NCBI GenBank assembly: GCA_963664435.2
Contig: CAXXKM010000003.1
Span: 416,001-480,000, forward strand
DNA length: 64,000 nucleotides
Origin: Longimicrobiales bacterium
GTDB taxonomy: Bacteria; Gemmatimonadota; Gemmatimonadetes; Longimicrobiales; Gaopeijiaceae
Direction: 5' to 3'
A program made the position numbers and the translations under genes. The notes beneath the pieces were generated by a model that saw only the letters and a list, made by a program, of their open reading frames with translations, had not been told where the DNA came from and searched no databases. Shown piece after piece: positions 21,730-31,595 of this stretch. Every line of letters starts with the position of its first letter. Positions within the stretch are counted from its first letter, which is position 1.

Positions 21730-22971
21730 TCAGCGCTCGATTGGGTAGACCTTGACCAGAGTTTCGTCAAAAACGCCCTTTTCCCGGACGAGTACCCGGT
21801 CCTCCGAAATATCCAGAACGTGCAGGCTCGCAGGCATCTCGATCCGCTTCTTCCGTTCCCGCGCCTCGCTGAAACCGACCCAGACCACTTGGTCTTGAAG
21901 CGGGTCAGGGTACTCCCGGATCCACAGAAGGCCGTCGGCGCCGCCCTTCATAGCGGAAAAGCCGGGAAGGGTGGGGCGCGCCGGCAGGTCCTCAAGCAGG
22001 CGGAGTTCGAATTCCGCCATGCTCAAGAGGAAGTTCCTTCCGCCGAGGAATATCTTCCCCGGCTCGGTACTCTCTAGACGCGCTCGTATAGTGTCCCTGA
22101 CGAACTGCACCCAGGCTGCCGCCGCGCCCTCTCGGGGCTGCTCGAATGAAACGTCCACGGCGGTTCCGGCCTCGTCGTAGCGCGTGATCGTGATCGAGTC
22201 GGTCGTCGCCAAGTAGGCGTAGCGGTCGGTGACGGCAGAGACGGCAGTCCGTCCGAAGATCACGGGTAGCCCGCCGTGCCTTCGCCCGCCGTCAGTTACC
22301 TCCCTCGCCGCCCACTTCTCTTCACCTGGACGGGTGCCCTCGAAGAGGACCTCCCCGTCAGAGAGACGAGCGATCTCATATGCCACCCGCAACCGGATCT
22401 CCATCGGCCTAACGGCTGTGGGCCCCGGGAATCCCCGCTCCGAAATTTCGAGCAGCACGCTGTTTCCGAAGACGCCAACGATCCTGCTCCTTCCACGACG
22501 TGGTCTGAGCGTCGTTTCGCCGATGTACCCCCCGGAGGAGTCGAGTCGGGTTACTCGGAAATGGTTTCCGTCCCAAGTGACCAGTCCATCCGCGTGGCGA
22601 GCGATCCCGGCCAGATTCTTGTACTCGCCGGGACCAGATCCAAACCTGCCGTGCCGAGAAAGCAGCCGGCCCGCAGCATCCAGGATCAGGACTTCGCGCG
22701 ACAGGCTATTCGCGATAGCGATGCCATCGCCGAAGAAGACCGCGCCGCGGACCACATCCAGCGGGAGGGACTCGTCCAATCCCACCACCAGGCTTGGTTC
22801 CGCGGCGATCCGAAACGACTCGTCACCAGGCCACGAGGAGAACAGGTCCGCGGCCGCCGCGTTACCCGTCGCCCCAGGGTCCGATGCGTCGCCCAGGCAG
22901 GCGGCGCAGAGCACCAGACAGGAAACGGCGAGCATCGGTGTCGCCAGCGGTCCATATAGGGCGTCCGCCAC
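21730..22971 (-). CDS. 6-bladed beta-propeller lipoprotein
   Basis: Signal peptide, GRFGSGPGEY motif, DGLLWIREY, C-terminal DETLVKVYPIER. Confidence 0.7.
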   Translation of the reverse strand: MADALYGPLATPMLAVSCLVLCAACLGDASDPGATGNAAAADLFSSWPGDESFRIAAEPSLVVGLDESLPLDVVRGAVFFGDGIAIANSLSREVLILDAAGRLLSRHGRFGSGPGEYKNLAGIARHADGLVTWDGNHFRVTRLDSSGGYIGETTLRPRRGRSRIVGVFGNSVLLEISERGFPGPTAVRPMEIRLRVAYEIARLSDGEVLFEGTRPGEEKWAAREVTDGGRRHGGLPVIFGRTAVSAVTDRYAYLATTDSITITRYDEAGTAVDVSFEQPREGAAAAWVQFVRDTIRARLESTEPGKIFLGGRNFLLSMAEFELRLLEDLPARPTLPGFSAMKGGADGLLWIREYPDPLQDQVVWVGFSEARERKKRIEMPASLHVLDISEDRVLVREKGVFDETLVKVYPIER

Positions 22972-22978
22972 GGCCGTT

Positions 22979-23182
22979 CTAGCGCGACCGTTCGATCAGC
23001 TCGCGGAGCTGTTCCTCGTTCGCGTATCCGACATGCTCCGCGAACCGGCTAATCCGAGCGCGCAGGGTCTCGAAGTAGGTTGTGTCGGCCATGACCGAGG
23101 GTGGCGACTCCGCGCCTTCAAGCAGGAGGTTGCGAAGTTGCCGCCCATCTCGGTCGTCGCGAGTCGATTCCCGTTTTGCCAT
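22979..23182 (-). pseudogene. ParD-like antitoxin C-terminal fragment lacking the RHH domain
   Basis: RQLRNLLLEGAES..ADTTYFETLRARI resembles ParD C-terminal halves. No parE adjacent. Confidence 0.45.
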
Positions 23183-23268
23183 TCGTTCGCCCCCGGTTTC
23201 TCACCATCGTTCTACGGCATCCATCGAGTAGTCTACCCTGTGCAGCGGTGGCAGGCACCGCCCTGTAC

Positions 23269-23283
23269 ATCCCGATTCGGGAT
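23269..23283. promoter_or_regulatory. Palindromic operator upstream of higBA remnant
   Basis: ATCCCGA-T-TCGGGAT perfect inverted repeat 18 bp before the higB stub ATG. Confidence 0.55.
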
Positions 23284-23301
23284 AACTAGTTTGGGTACGT
23301 C

Positions 23302-23339
23302 ATGCGGATCATCGCAAAGAGGACGCCTCCCAGGTGTAG
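23302..23339 (+). pseudogene. higB: higB toxin stub (almost entirely deleted)
   Basis: ATG CGG ATC ATC GCA AAG AGG ACG (MRIIAKRT, typical HigB start) joined to CAG GTG TAG just before the higA RBS. Confidence 0.65.
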
Positions 23340-23348
23340 GAGTCCAGG

Positions 23349-23720
23349 ATGACCATTAGACCTATCAGAAGCGAAGCCGACTACGACGAGGCGCTGGCTG
23401 AGATCGACCGCCTCATGGGGGCTACCCCGGGGACGCCGGAGTCCGATAAGCTGGAGATCCTGGTGACCCTCGTCGAACGGTACGAATCGGAGTACTGGGC
23501 CATCGAGGCTCCGGATCCGATTTCGGCGATCCATCACGTCATGGAGGCCCGTGGCCTGCGCCAGAAGGACCTTGCCGCACTCATCGGGTCGCAGTCCCAC
23601 GCGTCGGAAGTACTTCGCCGCCGTCGGCCCCTCTCCCTGGCGATGATTCGGGTGCTGGCTCGGGAATGGAGCCTTCCCGCTGACGTGCTGGTGCGAGAGT
23701 ACGAGCTGGCGACTGGCTGA
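23349..23720 (+). CDS. higA: HigA-family antitoxin (HTH)
   Basis: IRPIRSEADYDEAL..LEILVTLVERYE..PDPISAI..MEARGLRQKDL..SEVL..RRPLSLAMIRVL. Confidence 0.9.
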   Translation: MTIRPIRSEADYDEALAEIDRLMGATPGTPESDKLEILVTLVERYESEYWAIEAPDPISAIHHVMEARGLRQKDLAALIGSQSHASEVLRRRRPLSLAMIRVLAREWSLPADVLVREYELATG

Positions 23721-23845
23721 GGGCTGACCTCCATCCCGTTCTGAGAGACCCCGGACGGACCATCCCCCGCCCTGTGCATCCCGAACCGGTGCGGCTAGTC
23801 TTGAAGTGAACACCGAACGCCAGTCGACCGAACACCCGGGAACAC

Positions 23846-24361
23846 ATGCTCATCTCCTTCACCCACCGCCCCCTCTCCGCCCTCATCCTCCTCCCCCTCG
23901 CCCTTGCCCTGGCGGCCTGCGGCGGCGACGAGAGCGGCCCCGCCGAAGTCGTCCTTCAGGACCCGGCCGACCTTACATACGCCTCGTCCCTGGGCGTGGA
24001 CCTCTCCGCGATGGAGCTGCAGTCGTCCGGGCTCTACATCAGGGACCTCCAGGTAGGCGAGGGCGACCCCACCGTCGCTGGCGACGTCATGGTCGTCCAC
24101 TACAGCGGCTGGATTAACGACGGCACGCTCTTCGACTCCTCCCGCAACCCCGGGCGCGACCCGTTCCCCGTGAGGGTCGGCGCTGGCAGCGTCATCGCCG
24201 GATGGGAGGAGGGCCTGGTGGGCATGAGGGTCGGCGGCGTGCGCCAGCTCGTCATCCCCCCGCAACTCGCCTACGGCGCCCAGGCCGCGGGCCCCCTCAT
24301 CCCCGCCGGCTCGGTGCTCATCTTCGAGGTCGAGCTGCTGGAGGTGAACCCGGGGTCGTAG
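23846..24361 (+). CDS. FKBP-type peptidyl-prolyl cis-trans isomerase (lipoprotein)
   Basis: VHYSGW..FDSS..VIAGWEEG..MRVGG.R.LVIPPQLAYG..IPAGSVLIFEVELL, lipobox LAAC. Confidence 0.95.
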   Translation: MLISFTHRPLSALILLPLALALAACGGDESGPAEVVLQDPADLTYASSLGVDLSAMELQSSGLYIRDLQVGEGDPTVAGDVMVVHYSGWINDGTLFDSSRNPGRDPFPVRVGAGSVIAGWEEGLVGMRVGGVRQLVIPPQLAYGAQAAGPLIPAGSVLIFEVELLEVNPGS

Positions 24362-24429
24362 CGGGCCCACGCCGCGGTCATTGCGGGCGGCGGCGGTCGC
24401 GGGAAAGCGGCGCCGCGTCGTCCCGCGCC

Positions 24430-24984
24430 CTACAGCTTCGGCAGCGTAACCCCTTTCTGGTTCTGGTACTTGCCCTTCCGGTCCGCGTACGCCACCCGCG
24501 GCTCCCGGTCGCCCTGCAGGAAGAGCAGCTGCGCGATGCCCTCGTTGGCGTAGATCTTCGCGGGCAGCGGCGTCGTGTTCGAGATCTCGAGCGTCAGGTG
24601 GCCGCACCAGGTGGGTTCCAGCGGCGTCACGTTGACGATGATCCCGCAGCGCGCGTACGTCGACTTGCCCACGCACACCACCAGCGTGTCCCGCGGGATG
24701 CGGAAGTACTCGACGGTGCGTCCCAGGGCGAAGGAGTTGGGCGGGATGATGCACGCATCCTCGGGGATGTCCACGAAGGAGCGGTCGTCGAAGCCCTTGG
24801 GATCGACGATCACGTTGTGGACGTTGGTGAACACCTTGAAGTCGGCGGCGACGCGGATGTCGTAGCCGTAGGACGACAGGCCGTACGAGATGCATCCATC
24901 GCGCACCTGTCCGGCCTCGAACGGCTCGATCATCCCGTGCTCCTCCGACATCTTCTGAATCCAGTGGTCGCTTCGGATTGGCAT
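24430..24984 (-). CDS. dcd: dCTP deaminase
   Basis: [47 protein letters not shown]. Confidence 0.96.
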   Translation of the reverse strand: MPIRSDHWIQKMSEEHGMIEPFEAGQVRDGCISYGLSSYGYDIRVAADFKVFTNVHNVIVDPKGFDDRSFVDIPEDACIIPPNSFALGRTVEYFRIPRDTLVVCVGKSTYARCGIIVNVTPLEPTWCGHLTLEISNTTPLPAKIYANEGIAQLLFLQGDREPRVAYADRKGKYQNQKGVTLPKL

Positions 24985-25255
24985 GCGGGATCGAGGAGGG
25001 AACGGGTTCAGGAGGAGGCCCGCCAGGCGCCGGCGCGCGGCCCGCGGCGGACGATGGCGAGGCAACATAGGAAGACGGCTCGCGGATGCCAAACCGGCAG
25101 GCGCTGCGGTCCCTCCGTGCCGGCTCCCCCTCCACGGGCGCCCGGATGCGGGATCGGGACGCGGTCCGCAGGCGTCATTGTATCGCCCTGCGCTCGCGCG
25201 TTATCCTTCCGCCAGCCAGAGGGAATCGACGCGGGCATCCACCGGAGGAACATCC

Positions 25256-26038
25256 ATGCGTGCACTGACAGGACTGGGAACGCTGCTCGCGGCGCTGGCC
25301 CTCGCCGGCGGCGCCGAACTCTCCGCCCAGGCCGGCTCCGGCCCGGACTCCGCCGATCCGGACGCGATGGCCCTGGTCGACGCCTGGATCGAATCGGTCG
25401 GCGGCATGGAGACCTACGCCGGGTTCCACAGCGCCCGCTACACCTTCACCACCGAGCTCTACGACCCCGAGACCGGCCGCATGCGCCGCGCCCGCCCGCG
25501 CTACGTCACCATCGCCCGCACCGAGATGGGCGAGCTGGCGCGCATCGACCGCTGGGAGGGCAACGACTACATCCAGCAGGGCTGGGACGGGGTCGCCGAC
25601 TGGGCCGTCCGCAACGGCGAGCCGCTCGAACCCGGAGACCGCGACCGCGACGAGGTGCGCTACGTTTCGGGCGACGTCAACTACTGGATGGCGCTCCCCT
25701 TCAAGCTGCGCGACCCCGGCGTGAACCTCTCCTACCAGGGGCGAGACGCCCAGGACCGCCACGACGTCATGGTCACCTTCGGCGAGGGGGTCGGCAGCGA
25801 CGTCTGGCACTACTATTTCGAGGACGGGCGCACCTGGCCGGCCGAGGTGACCTACCAGACCGGCGGAACCGGCGGCGTCGACCACAACCGGTGGACGGAC
25901 CTGCGCACCGACGAGGGCTATCCCTACGTCGGTGCCCGCGTCCACGTCAGGCAGGGCCGGGTGTGGAAGATCCTGCGCATGAGCGAAGTCGAGATCAATC
26001 CCGCGGACCTCGACATGGCGGTGTTCTCGCGCCCCTAG
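25256..26038 (+). CDS. Secreted hypothetical protein (possible LolA-like/DUF6503-like fold)
   Basis: GGAGG RBS, signal peptide, [14 protein letters not shown] motif. Confidence 0.65.
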   Translation: MRALTGLGTLLAALALAGGAELSAQAGSGPDSADPDAMALVDAWIESVGGMETYAGFHSARYTFTTELYDPETGRMRRARPRYVTIARTEMGELARIDRWEGNDYIQQGWDGVADWAVRNGEPLEPGDRDRDEVRYVSGDVNYWMALPFKLRDPGVNLSYQGRDAQDRHDVMVTFGEGVGSDVWHYYFEDGRTWPAEVTYQTGGTGGVDHNRWTDLRTDEGYPYVGARVHVRQGRVWKILRMSEVEINPADLDMAVFSRP

Positions 26039-26964
26039 CTGAGCGCCGCCATCGTCGAACGCACGTGCTCGGCGCTGCCGTCGAGCATCGCCTGCTCCTC
26101 GTCGGAGAGCTTCAGCTCGACCACCTCCACGAGCCCGCCCGCGCCCAGCTTGCACGGCACCCCGAGGAAGATGCCCTCGTGGCCGTACTCTCCCTCCAGG
26201 TACGCCGCGCACGGCAGGATGCGCCGCTTGTTCTTCACGATCGCCTCGGCCATCTGCACCGCGGCCGCGGACGGCGCGTAGTAGGCGCTCCCGGTCTTCA
26301 GGTACCCGACGATCTCCGCGCCCCCGTTGCGGGTCCGCTCGAGGAGCGCGTCGATGCGCTCGCGCGGCAGCAGCTCCGTCAGCGGGATCCCGCTCACCGA
26401 GGTGTAGTTCACCAGCGGCACCATGGTATCGCCGTGCCCGCCCAGCACCAGCGCCTGGATGTCGGCGACGCTCACGTCCAGCTCCAGCGCCACGAAGGAG
26501 CGATAGCGGGCCGTATCCAGCACCCCGGCCATGCCGATCACGCGCTCGCGCGGGAATCCCGTGGTATCGAGCGCCACGTGGGCCATCACGTCCAGGGGGT
26601 TCGAGACCATCATGACGATCGAGTCGGGCGCGACCCGGGCGATTTCCGACGACACCGACGCCACGATGCGGGCGTTCGTGTTCAACAGATCGTCGCGCGA
26701 CATCCCCGGCTTGCGCGCGATGCCGGCCGTGACGATGAAGATGTCGGACCCGGCCGCGGGCTCGTAGTCGTTGGCCCCGACGACGCGCGTGTCGAACCCC
26801 TCGATGGGCGCGCTCTCCCACTGGTCCAGCGCCTTCCCCTGGGGAATGCCGTCGATGATGTCGATGAGGACGACTTCCTCCGCCAGCTCCTTCTCCGCCA
26901 GCCGCTGGGCGCAGCTCTCGCCCACATGGCCGGCGCCAACCACGGTGATCTTTCGTGCGCTCAT
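26035..26964 (-). CDS. mdh: Malate dehydrogenase (LDH-like)
   Basis: [45 protein letters not shown]. Confidence 0.96.
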   Translation of the reverse strand: MSARKITVVGAGHVGESCAQRLAEKELAEEVVLIDIIDGIPQGKALDQWESAPIEGFDTRVVGANDYEPAAGSDIFIVTAGIARKPGMSRDDLLNTNARIVASVSSEIARVAPDSIVMMVSNPLDVMAHVALDTTGFPRERVIGMAGVLDTARYRSFVALELDVSVADIQALVLGGHGDTMVPLVNYTSVSGIPLTELLPRERIDALLERTRNGGAEIVGYLKTGSAYYAPSAAAVQMAEAIVKNKRRILPCAAYLEGEYGHEGIFLGVPCKLGAGGLVEVVELKLSDEEQAMLDGSAEHVRSTMAALS

Positions 26965-27037
26965 GGAGTTTCTCGCAATCCTCCCAAAAGACAGGGTGTG
27001 AGTAGGAATTCGGCGGAGGCGGGGCTGCGGCCGGTCA

Positions 27038-28087
27038 CTACCCGCCGGTCTGGCTCAGCGCGATCAGCCCGCCGGAGCCCTCGGCGCTCCCCTGCACCAG
27101 CCAGTGGCGCTCGGGCTTGATGCGCAGGGTTTCCTCGACGAGCGGCCGGACATCCTCGCCGCCGCGCAGCGCGCTCCGCAGGTCGGTCTGGATCGAGCCG
27201 AACAGGCATGGCCGCAACTGCCCGTCCGCGGTGAGCCGCATGCGGTTGCAGCGGTCGCAGAAGTTGTGGCTCATCGGGGTGATGACGCCGATGGTGCCGG
27301 GCGCGCCGTCGAAGCGGTAGTAGGTCGCCGGGCCGTTGCCCAGCGGGCCGTCGACGGGCTTCAGGTCGCCCAGCTGCCGCACCCGCTCGAGCGCCTCGTT
27401 GCACGAGATGAAGCTCTCCGCCGACAGGTCGGTGTTGGAGCCGGTGGGCATGATTTCGATGAAGCGGATGTGCCAGGGGCGCTCGCGGGTGATAGCCGCG
27501 AAGTCCGCGATCTCGTCGTCGTTGGAGTCGCGCATCAGCACGACGTTGAGCTTGATGGGGTCGAAGCCGACCACCTCCGCCGCGTTCAGCCCCCGCAGCA
27601 CCTTGTCGAGCGTGCCCGGCCGCCGGGCGATGGTGTCGGCCCGGTCCGCGCGCAGCGAATCGAGCGAGATGTTGACCCGGTCGACCCCCGCCGCCTTCAG
27701 GTCCTCCGCCTGGTCCTCGAGCAGCACCGCGTTCGTCGAAAGGGCGATGTTCTCGATGCCGTCGATGGCCGAGAGCATGCGGATCAGCGATGAGAGGTCG
27801 CGGCGCACCAGCGGCTCGCCCCCGGTGATGCGCAGCCGCCTGAGCCCCATCTTCGCCATCACCCGCACCACGCGCGCGATCTCCTCGTAGTCCAGGATCT
27901 CGTCGCGCTTGAGCCACGGCAGCCCCTCGACGGGCATGCAGTAGACGCAGCGCAGGTTGCACTTGTCGGTGACCGAGATGCGCAGGTACTCGATGCGCCG
28001 CCCGAAAGAGTCGACCATGGAGCGCGAGGCGGCGGCAGCGGGCAGGCTCCGCACCTTCGAAGAATCCGGCCTGGTCTCAGCAATCAT
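27038..28087 (-). CDS. moaA: GTP 3',8-cyclase MoaA
   Basis: [35 protein letters not shown]-terminal GG. Confidence 0.96.
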   Translation of the reverse strand: MIAETRPDSSKVRSLPAAAASRSMVDSFGRRIEYLRISVTDKCNLRCVYCMPVEGLPWLKRDEILDYEEIARVVRVMAKMGLRRLRITGGEPLVRRDLSSLIRMLSAIDGIENIALSTNAVLLEDQAEDLKAAGVDRVNISLDSLRADRADTIARRPGTLDKVLRGLNAAEVVGFDPIKLNVVLMRDSNDDEIADFAAITRERPWHIRFIEIMPTGSNTDLSAESFISCNEALERVRQLGDLKPVDGPLGNGPATYYRFDGAPGTIGVITPMSHNFCDRCNRMRLTADGQLRPCLFGSIQTDLRSALRGGEDVRPLVEETLRIKPERHWLVQGSAEGSGGLIALSQTGG

Positions 28088-28115
28088 CGGGCGCTCCTGG
28101 GTGCGCGGCGGATGC

Positions 28116-28583
28116 TCACGGGTCGCCGGCACCGGAATCGGGGGCCGGGCTTCCGTCGGCAGGGGGAACCGTACCCCTCACCCACCGGGGGGCTCCTTCA
28201 ACGTAAAACTCCTTTTTCCAGACCGGAAGCCGCCGCTTGATCTCTTCCATGACGTAGCGGGAGGCGCCGTATGCCTCCGCCCGGTGCGGGCTCGAGACCG
28301 CCACCACCACGCTGACCTCGCCGATCTCGAGCGCCCCCAGGCGATGCGCGACCGCCAGGTTGGGGGTGGAGAAGCGCTCGCTCGCTTCCTCGGCGATGCG
28401 GCGCAGCACCTCGAGCGCCATCTCCTCGTAGCCCTCGTACTGCATCCCCGACACCGATCGTCCGTCGGCGTGGTTGCGCACCGTGCCCAGGAACAGGAGC
28501 ACGGCGCCGTCTTCGGGCGAGCCCACCCGCGCCCGCAAACCGGCGGGTTCGAGTGGCTCGGAGGTGATCTCCGCGTAGGGCAT
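28116..28583 (-). CDS. moaE: Molybdopterin synthase catalytic subunit
   Basis: FLGTVR, HRLG.L.IGE, SSPHR, IK..LPVWKKE. Confidence 0.95.
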   Translation of the reverse strand: MPYAEITSEPLEPAGLRARVGSPEDGAVLLFLGTVRNHADGRSVSGMQYEGYEEMALEVLRRIAEEASERFSTPNLAVAHRLGALEIGEVSVVVAVSSPHRAEAYGASRYVMEEIKRRLPVWKKEFYVEGAPRWVRGTVPPADGSPAPDSGAGDP

Positions 28584-28590
28584 TGCGCGC

Positions 28591-28836
28591 TCAGCCGCCG
28601 GCCACCGGCGGGATGAAGGCCACCTCGTCTCCGTCGCGCAGCCCGGCGTCGGTGGGGGCGTATTCGAGGTTGACCGCGACCGCGGGCTTCGGCGGGAGCG
28701 CGGCGAAGGACGGCCCGCGCGCGCGCAGGGCGTCGATGAGATCGGCCACCGTGGCGCCCTCGGGGAGGTCGACCTCGGTGTGCGAAGCGCCGGTCAGTTC
28801 GCGATACGCGGCGAAGAAGCGCGCCTGTACCCGCAA
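28591..28836 (-). CDS. moaD: Molybdopterin synthase sulfur carrier
   Basis: FFAAYRE..G, AVN.EY, GDEVAFIPPVAGG. Confidence 0.93.
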   Translation of the reverse strand: MRVQARFFAAYRELTGASHTEVDLPEGATVADLIDALRARGPSFAALPPKPAVAVNLEYAPTDAGLRDGDEVAFIPPVAGG

Positions 28837-28852
28837 GGGACGGCCCCCGCGC

Positions 28853-29155
28853 TCAACCGCCCGAATCGTCGTCCAGGCGAACGACCTGCGAGCGGAGCAG
28901 CCGGGACGGCTTGAAGACCGGGACCGCGCGGGCGGGCACCCGCACGGGATCTCCGGTGCGGGGATTGCGCGCCATGCGCGCCTTGCGCCGGCGCACCTTG
29001 AAGGTGCCAAAGCCTCTGATCTCGATGTTCTCGCCGCTGGCCACGGCCTGCTTGATGGCGTTCAGGAAGCCATCCACCACAAGTGCGCAGTCCTTCCTGG
29101 TGATGCCGGGTCCGATGGCGTCCGCAACTTGCTGGACGAGATCCGCTTTGGTCAT
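28853..29155 (-). CDS. HU/IHF-family DNA-binding protein
   Basis: MTKADLV..IEIRGFGTF..R.ARNPRTG..VPVFKPS. Confidence 0.93.
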   Translation of the reverse strand: MTKADLVQQVADAIGPGITRKDCALVVDGFLNAIKQAVASGENIEIRGFGTFKVRRRKARMARNPRTGDPVRVPARAVPVFKPSRLLRSQVVRLDDDSGG

Positions 29156-29432
29156 GCGAAGCCTGTGGGAATCAGAAGCTGATGAGAAGACGATGTTCGC
29201 CGGGGGATCCGCAGTCCCCACTGCGAAATTGTGGCATGAACCTCGGTGTTCCGGCGCCCTGATGGGATCATACCGGCGCGCGGGCACGGGGCTTAGGGTA
29301 CGGGCAATCCGGAGGAGCGTCAAGCATCGCGGCTTCGCCTTTGCGGCTTGCCGTGCCCCCCGCCGCCACTGCGTCGCGCGGTGCAATATGAGCCTGTACG
29401 GGACTCGCGCAAGGTGGCGTTCGCCCGTCCGT

Positions 29433-30554
29433 CTAGCCGGACGCTTCCATGAGCGAAACGAAGTCGTCGAACAGGTAGCGGCTGTCGTGCGGGCCGGGCG
29501 CCGCCTCCGGATGATACTGCACGCAAAAGACCGGGAGGGAGCGGTGGGCCATGCCTTCGACGGTGCCGTCGTAGAGGTTGACGTGGGTGAGGCGCAGCTC
29601 CGGGGCTCCCGGGATTTCGTCCCCGTCTCCTCCCCTGACGGCGAAGCCGTGGTTCTGCGAGGTGATCTCCACCGTGCCCAGCTCCAGGTTGCGCACCGGA
29701 TGGTTGGCGCCGTGATGTCCGAAGGGGAGCTTGAAGGTCTCCGCTCCGAAGGCGCGCGCGATCAGTTGGTGGCCGAGGCAGATGCCGAACACCGGCACGC
29801 CCTCGCGCGCGCAGCGGCGGATGGTCCCGATGGCCATCTCCACCGCGGCGGGGTCGCCCGGGCCGTTGGACACGAAGAGCCCGTCGGGCCGTTCGCGCGC
29901 GATCTCCTCCGCGGACGTGTCGGCGGGGACGACGGTCACCTCGCACCCGCGCTCGGCCAGGAGCCGCGGCGAGTTGGCCTTCACCCCCAGGTCGTAGGCG
30001 AAGACCCGGAACCGGGTCCGGTCCTTTGGCTCGACCACGTAGCGCTCCGGGGTCGAGACCCCGCAGGCCAGGTCGAGTCCCTCCATGCGGGGATGGGCGC
30101 GGATGCGCTCGAGCAGCGCCTTCTCGTCGGTGCGGGCGTCGGCGATGGCGGCGCGCATGGCTCCCGCCGCACGGATGTGGCGGGTCACCGCGCGCGTGTC
30201 CACCGACTGGATGCCGACCACGCCGTGGCGGATCAGGTAGTCCTCCAGCCCGGCGTCGGCTCTCCAGGAGCTGTGTGCGCGCGCGACTTCGCGCACCACG
30301 AAGCCGGCCGCGGCGGGACGCGACGACTCCTGGTCGGCATCGTTTACGCCGTAGTTGCCGATGAGCGGGTAGGTCATCGTCACCAGCTGCCCCGTGTAGG
30401 ACGGGTCGGTGAGGATCTCCTGGTAGCCGGTCATCGCCGTGTTGAAGACGATCTCGCCGAGGGTCTGTCCGCGCTTCCCAAGGAAGAACCCGTCGAAGCG
30501 CCGTCCGTCTTCCAGGAGCAGGCATGCTTCGGCGCGCTGGCTGGTCTGGATCAA
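29433..30554 (-). CDS. carA: Carbamoyl-phosphate synthase small subunit
   Basis: GEIVFNTAMTGYQE.LTDPSY, SNGPGDP, FGICLGHQ, QYHPEAAPGPHD. Confidence 0.97.
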   Translation of the reverse strand: MIQTSQRAEACLLLEDGRRFDGFFLGKRGQTLGEIVFNTAMTGYQEILTDPSYTGQLVTMTYPLIGNYGVNDADQESSRPAAAGFVVREVARAHSSWRADAGLEDYLIRHGVVGIQSVDTRAVTRHIRAAGAMRAAIADARTDEKALLERIRAHPRMEGLDLACGVSTPERYVVEPKDRTRFRVFAYDLGVKANSPRLLAERGCEVTVVPADTSAEEIARERPDGLFVSNGPGDPAAVEMAIGTIRRCAREGVPVFGICLGHQLIARAFGAETFKLPFGHHGANHPVRNLELGTVEITSQNHGFAVRGGDGDEIPGAPELRLTHVNLYDGTVEGMAHRSLPVFCVQYHPEAAPGPHDSRYLFDDFVSLMEASG

Positions 30555-30659
30555 GGGCGACGGAAGGATGGAGGAGCGACTGCGGGTCGCGGGCGGAGGA
30601 GCGTCGGCAGGAATCTAGGAAGTAGCGGGCGGGCGTCCAAGGTTCCGTTAGATTGGAGC

Positions 30660-31220
30660 ATGGTCTACATCCATGCCGACGAGTCCTGCCTGGGCAACCA
30701 GTTCAGGGACCGACAGCGGCCGGGGGGCGCGGCGGGACTGCTCGAGTTCTGGCGGGGAGACGCCTGGGTTCGCAAGGACTTCTGGCTCTCCGAGCCCGAC
30801 ACCACCAACAACCGCATGGCGCTGATGAGCGCCATCGCCGGACTCGGCGCGATCCGGCGGCCGAGCCCGATCCACTTCGTCTCCGACAGCCAGTACCTGG
30901 TGCGCGGCATGAACGAGTGGGTCCGGGGATGGCGCGCCCGCGGATGGAAGCGCAAGGGGGGCACGGTGGAGAACGTCGAACTCTGGAAGCGGGCGCTCGG
31001 GCTGGCCGAATCCCACGAAGTAAGCTGGGAGTGGGTCCGCGGGCACGCGGGGAACCCCCGAAACGAATACGTGGACGTCCTCGCGGTGCGCGCCGCGACC
31101 GAGCAGCTCAACTCCGGCGGTGCGGTGCCTTCCGGCTTCGAGGAGTGGCTGGAGGAGCAGCGCGAGACGAAGGAGCGCTACTTCGACTTCTTCGAGGGAG
31201 CGCCGCCGGCGGCGCGTTAA
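30660..31220 (+). CDS. rnhA: Ribonuclease HI
   Basis: ADESCLGN, TTNNRM, SDSQYL, W...GWK, N.ELW, WVRGHAG..NEYVD.LA. Confidence 0.9.
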   Translation: MVYIHADESCLGNQFRDRQRPGGAAGLLEFWRGDAWVRKDFWLSEPDTTNNRMALMSAIAGLGAIRRPSPIHFVSDSQYLVRGMNEWVRGWRARGWKRKGGTVENVELWKRALGLAESHEVSWEWVRGHAGNPRNEYVDVLAVRAATEQLNSGGAVPSGFEEWLEEQRETKERYFDFFEGAPPAAR

Positions 31221-31269
31221 ACAAAGCGGCCCCCCGGGTCGTCACGCCGATCCCGGGGGGCCCTCTTTT
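31221..31269. terminator. Bidirectional intrinsic terminator
   Basis: GCCCCCCGGG..CCCGGGGGC hairpin with CTCTTTT on + and GCTTTGTTT on -. Confidence 0.7.
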
Positions 31270-31540
31270 CGCTGCCGGCACCAGCTCCGTTGCTTGAACC
31301 CGACCGCGTGCGGCCGACCGGCTCTGGTCCCTTTTCCCCCTCGCCGCGCAGCGTGCGGCTCAGGTGCCCCTTCGCTTTCGGGGCTACTGGCGGAGGACAG
31401 CGACCCCTCCACCGGCTCACCGGGGCTCAAGTCCCGGCTCGCGCCCGCTGTCGCGGCGTCCCGCCCAGCGAACCTCCGCTCCCAACTGCTCTCCAGGGAT
31501 GACCATCGCCATCGACTGTGAGCCTACTGCGCTCGAAGCG
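31270..31540 (-). ncRNA. Structured ncRNA, probably 6S RNA
   Basis: No credible ORF between a consensus promoter and terminator. CTTGAGCC...GGGTTCAAG long-range pairing plus ATCCCTGG and GGGGCACCT motifs reminiscent of 6S RNAs. Confidence 0.5.
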
Positions 31541-31547
31541 GACTACC

Positions 31548-31576
31548 ATGCTAAGGGTTGGTTACGGCCGTGTCAA
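31548..31576 (-). promoter_or_regulatory. Sigma70-type promoter
   Basis: TTGACA-17 bp-TAGCAT on the minus strand. Confidence 0.75.
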
Positions 31577-31595
31577 GGGGTGGATGGGACGGATT

